Notes under the pieces: generated by a model
Told to the model about the DNA's origin: nothing
Database searches by the model: none
What the model saw: the letters and a program-made list of their open reading frames with translations, nothing else
Shown here: positions 19,540 to 26,737 of the stretch, piece after piece
Numbering within the stretch: the stretch's first letter is position 1
Layout of the letters: the number at the start of each line of letters is the position of its first letter
IMG/VR virus record: IMGVR_UViG_3300010885_080481
Source of the DNA: a virus
Lineage: Duplodnaviria > Caudoviricetes
DNA: 64,000 nucleotides
Direction: 5' to 3' (one strand)
Position numbers and translations under genes: made by a program

Positions 19540-20457
19540 ATGAATAATTCATCAATTGCAGTTATTGGTCAAGGTTTCGTAGGGGGTTCTCTCACAACTG
19601 TCTTCTCAGAAAGAGGCTTCAACGTACTGGTATACGATAAGGCAGGTAAGGTCTCACCTGGTGCACACGATTATCGACCTGACTCTCTAAAAAGTCTTGT
19701 TAATTTTGCCGAAGGATCTGTCGTAGGATTTTCCAAAGTTTATTTCGTGTGTCTTCCAACACCAATGTATGAGGATGGAAGTGCTGACCTCAGCATTGTT
19801 GAGGGTGTACTAACAGAGCTTTCGCAGATCCCGGGCGAGAGGATTGCAGTAGTAAAGTCCACCATTCCACCTGGCTCAACTGAGAGATGGAATAAAAAGT
19901 TTGCAGAAACAGGTCTTCGTGTTGTTTTCAATCCTGAGTTTTTGACAGAGGCCAACGCTCTGGATGATATGCGAAACCAAAACAGGATCGTCCTAGGCGG
20001 ACCTCGTCCGTACATCAACACTGTGAAGCAGGTATTCCAGACGGCATTCCCAAAGGTGCCGCTTGTAAAGACTTCTTCGACCACTGCCGAGATGGTGAAG
20101 TATGTCACAAACAACTTCCTGACTGTAAAGGTGGCCTTTGCAAATGAGATGTTCCAGGTCTGCGAAGCCCTAGATAAATCCGGACTAAATGTGGATTATG
20201 ATAAGGTAATTGAATATGCTAAGTATGATTCTAGGTTAGGCTCCAGCCACTGGAGTGTACCTGGACCGGATGGCCAACCTGGGTTCGGGGGTCACTGTTT
20301 CCCGAAGGATGTGAATGCAATGATTGATGTGGCAAAGACGCTGGGCGTGAAACCGACAGTTCTAAAGTCCGCATGGGAAAAGAACCTTGAGGTACGATCT
20401 GACAAGGATTGGGAGAAGATGGCAGGTCGTGCAGTTTCTAAAAAACCGAAGGGTTGA
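19540..20457 (+). CDS. ugd: UDP-glucose/GDP-mannose dehydrogenase family protein, short form lacking the C-terminal domain
   Basis: IGQGFVG, FVCLPTP, VKSTIPPG, FNPEFLTE, AEMVKY..N.FL..KVAFANE, GFGGHCFPKD (catalytic Cys). Confidence 0.88.
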   Translation: MNNSSIAVIGQGFVGGSLTTVFSERGFNVLVYDKAGKVSPGAHDYRPDSLKSLVNFAEGSVVGFSKVYFVCLPTPMYEDGSADLSIVEGVLTELSQIPGERIAVVKSTIPPGSTERWNKKFAETGLRVVFNPEFLTEANALDDMRNQNRIVLGGPRPYINTVKQVFQTAFPKVPLVKTSSTTAEMVKYVTNNFLTVKVAFANEMFQVCEALDKSGLNVDYDKVIEYAKYDSRLGSSHWSVPGPDGQPGFGGHCFPKDVNAMIDVAKTLGVKPTVLKSAWEKNLEVRSDKDWEKMAGRAVSKKPKG

Positions 20458-20492
20458 TGAACTAATATGGTGACATAAGTTACCATATAGCA

Positions 20493-21308
20493 ATGCAAGA
20501 AAATAACTCCTTCCAAACTCTACCTACGGGAAAACCCCACGTTTCTTTCTCCGAGGTAAAGTTATGGAAGGAGTGTTCATTTAGACACCACCTCATCCAC
20601 ATCAAAAAGATTGACCTATCGAAACCTTCTCCCGTACTTGACTTTGGTACCGCAGTTCATGCATCATGCGAAAAATATCTGCTGACTCGTGAGATGGATC
20701 CGCAGGTTGCTTTTGATCATATGGATGCAGCTTGGAAGAAACACGAAGGTAATCCTGATTTCTCTCCTGCATCACTAGAAAAAGCCAAGATCGAAGTATC
20801 ACAGATACTTGCTGAGGTGCCTCAGTTCCTAGACAGGGAATTTCCTGAGTGGCAAGTCGTTGATGCTGAGCACCAACTATATGAGGCAGTTGAAGGTCAT
20901 CCTCATGCCTTCAAGGGTTTCATTGACGGTGTTATCAAGGCTAAGGGCAAGAGAGGCGAGACGATCTATTGGATCCTCGACTGGAAGACAACAGTTCGTG
21001 GTTGGTTTCGCGAGAAAAGATCTGATGATATGGTCAAGGCACAGTTGGCACTATACAAAAACTATTGGTGCCAAAAGAATCCAGAAGTCCCATTCAAGGA
21101 TGTCAGGTGTGGATTCGTTTTGCTAAAGAAGTCGGCAAAGCCAGGCGAACATTGCGAGTTGTTTTCAGTTTCTCTAGGTGAGGTTCCTATAAAAAAATCT
21201 CTTAAAGTTGTTGGTAACATGTTGACTTCTGTAAAACGAGGTATTGCTATCAAGAATAGAGATGCTTGCACTTACTGTGAGTATAAAGGTACTGATCACT
21301 GCAAATAA
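20493..21308 (+). CDS. PD-(D/E)XK RecB/Cas4-like exonuclease with probable Fe-S cluster
   Basis: SFS...W..C, FGTAVH, E...FKGFIDG, ILDWKT, QLALY, C-terminal CTYC.....HC. Confidence 0.88.
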   Translation: MQENNSFQTLPTGKPHVSFSEVKLWKECSFRHHLIHIKKIDLSKPSPVLDFGTAVHASCEKYLLTREMDPQVAFDHMDAAWKKHEGNPDFSPASLEKAKIEVSQILAEVPQFLDREFPEWQVVDAEHQLYEAVEGHPHAFKGFIDGVIKAKGKRGETIYWILDWKTTVRGWFREKRSDDMVKAQLALYKNYWCQKNPEVPFKDVRCGFVLLKKSAKPGEHCELFSVSLGEVPIKKSLKVVGNMLTSVKRGIAIKNRDACTYCEYKGTDHCK

Positions 21309-21316
21309 TTTTTGAG

Positions 21317-21328
21317 TTGTGCTATAAA
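21317..21328 (+). promoter_or_regulatory. Candidate extended -10 element TTGTGCTATAAA
   Basis: Intergenic; TGnTATAAA. A near-identical 12-mer lies on the minus strand at 42999-43010, upstream of another non-structural gene. Confidence 0.35.
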
Positions 21329-21367
21329 ATTTATTACAACTTTTAGAAAGTTAGTAATATATCGTTG

Positions 21368-22612
21368 ATGCAGAAAAAAACGATTTTATTGCTTTCGGAC
21401 CACCCTTTATCCACTTCTGGAGTAGGAACCCAGGCCCGCTGGTTAATTCATGGATTAATTGCTACTGGCAAATATAAGTTCAAGTGCTTTGGTGGTGCAG
21501 TAAGACATGAAGACTACAGAACTGTAGTCGTAAATGAAGATTTTATCATAAAGCCGACTAACGGCTTTGGCGATAGAAACATGCTTCGACAAGTTCTTGC
21601 TACAGAACGACCGGATGTTCTAATGTTGTTTACAGATCCTAGATTTTTTATTTGGGCATGGGAAATGGAAGATGAAATTCATCAGATATGCCCGATAGCA
21701 TACAACCATCTGTGGGATAACGGACCATGGCCAGAATTCAATAGGGTTCTTTACGAATCGACTGATCTCGTTAACTGCATCAATTGGCCGACATATCAGA
21801 TGGTTAAAGAGAGATTTCCGGAAAAAACCAATTACATTCCACATGGTGTACCAAAAGAATTGTATTATCCAGTTTCTGATGAAGATTCTATCAAGTTTAA
21901 GAAAAAAGTTCTAGGAAATGATAGAGTCGATCACTTTGTTCCCATGTACGTTTCTAGGAACGCCCGCCGCAAGATGCCAAGCGATATTTTAGTTTCATGG
22001 AAACAATTTTTAGATGCGTTGCAAGCAAAGCATGGTCATAAGAAAGCAACATTGTTAATGCATACCGACCCGCTTGATCATGAAGGACCCAACCTTTATC
22101 ATGTAGTAGAGATGTTAGGAATAACTGATAACGTCAAGTTTTCAAAGAACAGGGTTGATTTTAATGAAATGAGAGAAATCTATGCAGCTTGTGACACGGT
22201 AGTGAATCGTAGTTCTAATGAAGGGTTCGGTCTTCCTACGTTGGAGGCAATGATGTGTGGTAAACCTATTATTGCAATAAAGACGGGCGGGTTGAGTCGT
22301 CAAGTGGAAGATATAGAGACTGGAGAACAATATGGGATTGCTTTAGAGCCTGATGTTAAGTCTCTTGTTGGAAATCAAATGGTGCCTTACATCTATGAAG
22401 ACTTGATATCTCATGAAAAGTTATCTAATGCATTCATGGAGATGTATGAATGGGGTCCTGAGAAAAGAAAGCAGGTTGGAAAACGTGCTTTAGAACATGC
22501 TCATAAAGATTATGATTTGAAAGAGATTGTTTCTTCTTGGGATAATTCTTTATCCAAATTAATTTCTGATTGGGAAAATCGACCGCAGCGATGGGAGGTC
22601 AAGTCTTTATGA
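21368..22612 (+). CDS. Glycosyltransferase family 4 (GT-B)
   Basis: SDHP...SGVG.Q, YIPHGV, SRNARRK, EGFGLPTLEAMMCGKPIIA. Confidence 0.9.
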   Translation: MQKKTILLLSDHPLSTSGVGTQARWLIHGLIATGKYKFKCFGGAVRHEDYRTVVVNEDFIIKPTNGFGDRNMLRQVLATERPDVLMLFTDPRFFIWAWEMEDEIHQICPIAYNHLWDNGPWPEFNRVLYESTDLVNCINWPTYQMVKERFPEKTNYIPHGVPKELYYPVSDEDSIKFKKKVLGNDRVDHFVPMYVSRNARRKMPSDILVSWKQFLDALQAKHGHKKATLLMHTDPLDHEGPNLYHVVEMLGITDNVKFSKNRVDFNEMREIYAACDTVVNRSSNEGFGLPTLEAMMCGKPIIAIKTGGLSRQVEDIETGEQYGIALEPDVKSLVGNQMVPYIYEDLISHEKLSNAFMEMYEWGPEKRKQVGKRALEHAHKDYDLKEIVSSWDNSLSKLISDWENRPQRWEVKSL

Positions 22613-23766
22613 AAAAAGTTGTTGTTAAAGGACCAGTACTGACGCAGTCAGGCTATGGGGTACATAGCAGGCAAGTCGCAAAATGGTTGCTGGATCAACC
22701 TCAAATTGAGGTAAAGTTTATGGCTACGCCATGGGGAGATACGCCTTGGATTTTAGACAAAAATTCCAATGATGGATTGGTAGCCAAAATAATGAATAAT
22801 ACAGTAGGTCCTGAATATAAGGCAGATGTCTCATTTCAAATACAGTTGCCTAATGAATGGGATTCAAAGCTAGCCACAGAAAATGTAGGTATCACAGCTG
22901 CTGTAGAGACAGATAGATCAAATCCAGAATGGGTTTCTGCTTGTAACAACATGAGTGTTGTGGTGTTTCCATCTGAACATGCCAAAAAGAGCATCACAAA
23001 TGCAGGAGAGCTAACTACAAAAAGTTTTGTGATACCTGAATCATATGCAGAAGAGATAAGAAGAGAAAATGTTTTAGAACTACCAGAAATAACAACTGAC
23101 TTTAATTTTTTATTGTTTGGTCAGTTAACAGGTAATAATCCTTATAATGATAGAAAAAATCTTCTTTTTACTATAAAATGGATCTGCGAAGCTTTTAAAG
23201 ATGATCCTGATGTGGGAATAGTCCTGAAAACTAATTCAGGAAGAAATACCAGGATTGATAGAAACTTGGTGTCAAAAGTTATCAGCACTGTTCTTAGTGA
23301 AGTTCGGAAAGGTCCATATCCTAAAGTACATTTAGTTCATGGAGAGATGAGCGATCTTGATGTGGCAGGGTTGTACAGAAGTCCAAAAATTAAAGCATTG
23401 GTCTCCTTGACAAGAGGAGAAGGATATGGATTGCCTATACTTGAAGCTGCTGCATCAGGATTACCAACCATAGTCACAGGCTGGTCTGGTCACACTGAAT
23501 TTTTGAAAGACATAAAGTTTGTTTCTGTGGATTATAATCTTACGCAAGTACATCCTTCTAGAATCGATGGTAAGATCTTTATGCCAACAGCTAAGTGGGC
23601 AGAACCTATCGAGCAAGATTTTAAAAAGAAAATTTTGAAGTTTAAGTCATCATCTTCAGTTCCTAAGAAGTGGGCAGTTGAAGGTTCGTTGCACATCCAA
23701 GAGAAGTATTCTTTTAATGAAATTTCAAAGATGTATAGTCAACTATTAGGTTCATACTTGCAATGA
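22609..23766 (+). CDS. Glycosyltransferase family 4 (GT-B)
   Basis: GPVLTQSGYG, RKN, TRGEGYGLPILEAAASGLP..TGWSGH.EF. Start moved to ATG 22609 (ATGA overlap). Confidence 0.9.
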   Translation: MKKVVVKGPVLTQSGYGVHSRQVAKWLLDQPQIEVKFMATPWGDTPWILDKNSNDGLVAKIMNNTVGPEYKADVSFQIQLPNEWDSKLATENVGITAAVETDRSNPEWVSACNNMSVVVFPSEHAKKSITNAGELTTKSFVIPESYAEEIRRENVLELPEITTDFNFLLFGQLTGNNPYNDRKNLLFTIKWICEAFKDDPDVGIVLKTNSGRNTRIDRNLVSKVISTVLSEVRKGPYPKVHLVHGEMSDLDVAGLYRSPKIKALVSLTRGEGYGLPILEAAASGLPTIVTGWSGHTEFLKDIKFVSVDYNLTQVHPSRIDGKIFMPTAKWAEPIEQDFKKKILKFKSSSSVPKKWAVEGSLHIQEKYSFNEISKMYSQLLGSYLQ

Positions 23767-24050
23767 TCTATGGATTAATTTTTACTAATATTTTGGCATT
23801 TTTTTCTTTAGGTTGGTTGATAAGAAAACACCTAAGTTTGCTAGAAAAATTTGATACGATTGTTGAACAAGTAGAGGAGTCATTAGACGTGATAGACTCC
23901 TCTTATAACAGAATGACTAACCTTCTTGAAACGCCAGTTTTGTTAGATGATCCTATTGTAGTAGAGTTAGTACAAAGTGCAAAAAATGCTAAAGATTCTT
24001 TGCTCCTCGTCGCAAATAAAATCACAATTAATGAAGATTCAAATCAGTAA
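23763..24050 (+). CDS. Small protein with N-terminal membrane anchor and coiled coil
   Basis: Hydrophobic residues 2-20 followed by a heptad-like segment; coupled to the upstream gene. Confidence 0.65.
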   Translation: MIYGLIFTNILAFFSLGWLIRKHLSLLEKFDTIVEQVEESLDVIDSSYNRMTNLLETPVLLDDPIVVELVQSAKNAKDSLLLVANKITINEDSNQ

Positions 24051-24059
24051 AGAGAAAAC

Positions 24060-24842
24060 GTGCAAAATACAAGAAATAAAAAAGATCGTAAAGATCTTGA
24101 AAAAAATAAAAAGCCGCAGCCCTCCACAGAAGCTGGAGATACTCTCACAGTTAATCCAAAGTTCTATTTCACCCCTAAAACGCAGGAAGCAATCTGTAAG
24201 TTTCAACAGGCTACTGAAAAACGTGAAAGAGAAAAGTTATACGTAGAAGAGATCTCGCCTGCCTTTGAAAAGTTGGTTGAAAATCTGATCAACATTCATA
24301 AGTTTAGCAGCATGTATGATTCGTATGATGACTTAAAGAGCGACTGCGTCAATTTCTTGTTTGAGACAATACACAAGTTCAATAAGTCGATGGGAACAAA
24401 CGCATTTTCTTATTTTAATGTCGTCGCAAAAAACTGGTTGATAATTAAGACGAAACAAAAAGTTCAAAAAACAAAAAAGAACGTTAGTTTAAACGACGTG
24501 GCTTCATTAACCATGGCTGAGCTACAGACGATAGAAGAATACAACACAATTCCTGCTCAAGATGTAGAGCTAGACAAAGTCGCTCATTCAGCAAAAATTT
24601 TAAAGGTTCTTTATGACATTAGATCTAAAGTCAAGGTAGAGAACGAACTTGCATGCATCAATTCAGTCATCACAATCTTTGAAAACATCAATGATATAGA
24701 CATTCTCAACAAGAGCGCAATTCTTCTTTACATAAGAGAGTTATCAGGTTTGACCCCTAAACAGTTGACGACGTCAATTCAGTCAATAAAAAAACATTAC
24801 AATAAATTAAGACCTGGATTGCTTTTCGACGTATTCGAATAA
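24060..24842 (+). CDS. Phage sigma-like late transcription factor (T4 gp55-like)
   Basis: YFT...AI...Q, AFEKLVENLI..HKF, DDLK.DCV.FL...HKF...TNAFSYFNVVAKN, resembling the sigma region-2 core of gp55. Lies directly before the baseplate genes. Confidence 0.65.
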   Translation: MQNTRNKKDRKDLEKNKKPQPSTEAGDTLTVNPKFYFTPKTQEAICKFQQATEKREREKLYVEEISPAFEKLVENLINIHKFSSMYDSYDDLKSDCVNFLFETIHKFNKSMGTNAFSYFNVVAKNWLIIKTKQKVQKTKKNVSLNDVASLTMAELQTIEEYNTIPAQDVELDKVAHSAKILKVLYDIRSKVKVENELACINSVITIFENINDIDILNKSAILLYIRELSGLTPKQLTTSIQSIKKHYNKLRPGLLFDVFE

Positions 24843-24858
24843 TTTTTAAGGGTAACTT

Positions 24859-25233
24859 ATGAATGAACCTGACATGTCTGAGCCTATAGAGATAAGTGAT
24901 CGTTCGATACAGGAGAAAGTAAAAGATTTTAGCGTTCTTCTAAATCAAATAGAAACTGTAAATGACAAGAAGAAGCAGTTGTGGAAAGAAATCTACGAAA
25001 ACGCAATTTGTGATAGGCAAAATGCTTACATAATGTTCGTGAAGTTGGTGATGATAGTTCAAGATAAGAGCACTGAACATGCTGTTCATGGAAGATCACT
25101 GTCGTCTTACATAGAGAGAATGAGTAAAGCCAATGAGCAGTTGATTAAACTTGCAGAGCTCGTCGCAAAAGCAGAAGCAGCGTCGGAAGCAATAGATCCA
25201 GATGATGTCTTTGACAAGATAAGAGATAATTGA
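24859..25233 (+). CDS. Hypothetical helical protein
   Basis: 124-aa ORF coupled to the next gene; no recognisable motif. Confidence 0.7.
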   Translation: MNEPDMSEPIEISDRSIQEKVKDFSVLLNQIETVNDKKKQLWKEIYENAICDRQNAYIMFVKLVMIVQDKSTEHAVHGRSLSSYIERMSKANEQLIKLAELVAKAEAASEAIDPDDVFDKIRDN

Positions 25234-25234
25234 A

Positions 25235-26734
25235 ATGAATTGGAAGCTTGCAGAAGAAGTAGCCCAAGGCGTTTATAAAGAAAATGGAATGCTTAGGTCT
25301 GCGTTCAACTCGATCACATCCAATATAGTCAATTTAAATCCAATTTTTCTCAGGTACGTTGTTGAAGAAGTTATTTTTTCTCCTAAGCTTTTGAATGATG
25401 ATGAGTTATCTGATATAAATCGACGTATAGGTTACATTGATAACATTCTATATGCCAAAGGTAAAATATTGCCTAGGAATACTATCATTGCTAAGGAAAT
25501 AAGAGACGTTAACCGTGGAAACGATACTCGAGCCGCAAAGTCTAGAATTTTATTACCTTTTTTCTCATCACATCTTGCAATGCCTTGTAAACCTGGAGAA
25601 CATGTCTGGGTCATATATGAAGACGTAATGAATCAGCAAGGGTTGGGATATTGGGTTAGTAGAGTTGTTGGGTTTGATCACATAGATGACGTAAATCATT
25701 CTCATTTCCCACGTAACGATGATTCTTCATTCAACGCTCAAGTAGACTTGAACACCGTTCCTCGTTATCATTTTAAGAATGGACACTTCATTGAGATTGT
25801 TGATAGAGAAACTCAAAATAGAGGTTCTCGCTTAGATTTTTTCTTTGTAAAGAATAAAGAAAATCAAAATCCTGATAACGTGTACGAAGATATTTTATTT
25901 TCTTCCAATGGAACGAAAGCCACGGTTAAAGAACCAGTTCCTAGATTTAAAAAACGTCCTGGAGATCTTGCGTTGGAAGGAAGTAACAACTCTTTAATCG
26001 TGTTGGGTAATGAAAGATCTTTTTCGGAAGACGCTAAAGTTTCTTCAGCTGAGGTTTTAGATGGATTCAAGGATAGTGCAGGAACCATTGACATGGTTGT
26101 TGGTAGAGGTTCTACCCAACAGACGATGGGAAAAATCATTAAAAATGATTTAAAATTTGATGAATTAGATAAGTTTGCTTTAAACGTTCAAGCTAAAGAA
26201 GGAGATCCTGATTTTAATTCTGATAGAAGCAGAATTTTATTATCTCAAAGAACGTTGCCTGATTCTAAGTTCTCTATAGCAACTTATAATCAGGAAAAAA
26301 ATAAAATTTCAGATTCAGCCGACGGCGATGCCGCCGTCGTGATTAAAACAGATAAAGTTCGTATAATAGCTAGATCAGATGTGCAGCTGTTGGTCCAAGG
26401 ATTCCAACCAGCCACAGATCCAGTCGGCAAAAATATAAAAGAGTCATTAACTGACGCTAAAAATTGGGCATCAATCACTATTAAGTCAGATGGAAACATA
26501 GTTTTTACTCCTTCAGAAATGGGGTATATAAAGTTAGGAGGAGATGATGCAGATAAAGGTATTTTATGCACAGCTACTCCTGTTTCAGCTGTTAATGGTG
26601 GCGTAGAAGGTCAACCAATCGGTAATGATGCTGGCGGTCGGTCAGGCGGGTCTTTGGCTGCAAGCCCGCAAGGAAATACCCCTGCAATACATCCAGCCAA
26701 TGGAACTTTTGCAAATAAGGTTTTAGTGAAATAA
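25235..26734 (+). CDS. Baseplate hub/spike protein (gp5/VgrG-like)
   Basis: N-terminal OB-like motif (LPFF...PCKPGEHVWVIYE...GYWVSRV) and C-terminal short beta-strand repeats (IKTDKVRIIAR, ITIKSDGNIVFT, YIKLGG). Baseplate context. Confidence 0.6.
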   Translation: MNWKLAEEVAQGVYKENGMLRSAFNSITSNIVNLNPIFLRYVVEEVIFSPKLLNDDELSDINRRIGYIDNILYAKGKILPRNTIIAKEIRDVNRGNDTRAAKSRILLPFFSSHLAMPCKPGEHVWVIYEDVMNQQGLGYWVSRVVGFDHIDDVNHSHFPRNDDSSFNAQVDLNTVPRYHFKNGHFIEIVDRETQNRGSRLDFFFVKNKENQNPDNVYEDILFSSNGTKATVKEPVPRFKKRPGDLALEGSNNSLIVLGNERSFSEDAKVSSAEVLDGFKDSAGTIDMVVGRGSTQQTMGKIIKNDLKFDELDKFALNVQAKEGDPDFNSDRSRILLSQRTLPDSKFSIATYNQEKNKISDSADGDAAVVIKTDKVRIIARSDVQLLVQGFQPATDPVGKNIKESLTDAKNWASITIKSDGNIVFTPSEMGYIKLGGDDADKGILCTATPVSAVNGGVEGQPIGNDAGGRSGGSLAASPQGNTPAIHPANGTFANKVLVK

Positions 26735-26737
26735 ACT

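Noticed and set aside
1-23766. Bacterial chromosomal O-antigen/LPS locus or a giant (NCLDV) virus region
   Set aside because: No flippase, polymerase or other housekeeping context; the block is contiguous with gp55-, gp25-, gp6-, neck- and sheath-like myophage genes.
1-23766. T4-style DNA glucosylation/hypermodification role for the GTs
   Set aside because: No dCMP hydroxymethylase or other base-modifying enzyme in the window, and the sugar pathways resemble surface-glycan ones. It cannot be excluded without the rest of the genome.
23977-24246. 89-aa ORF overlapping the membrane protein and sigma factor genes
   Set aside because: A Lys/Ile-rich alternative frame of two better-supported ORFs.
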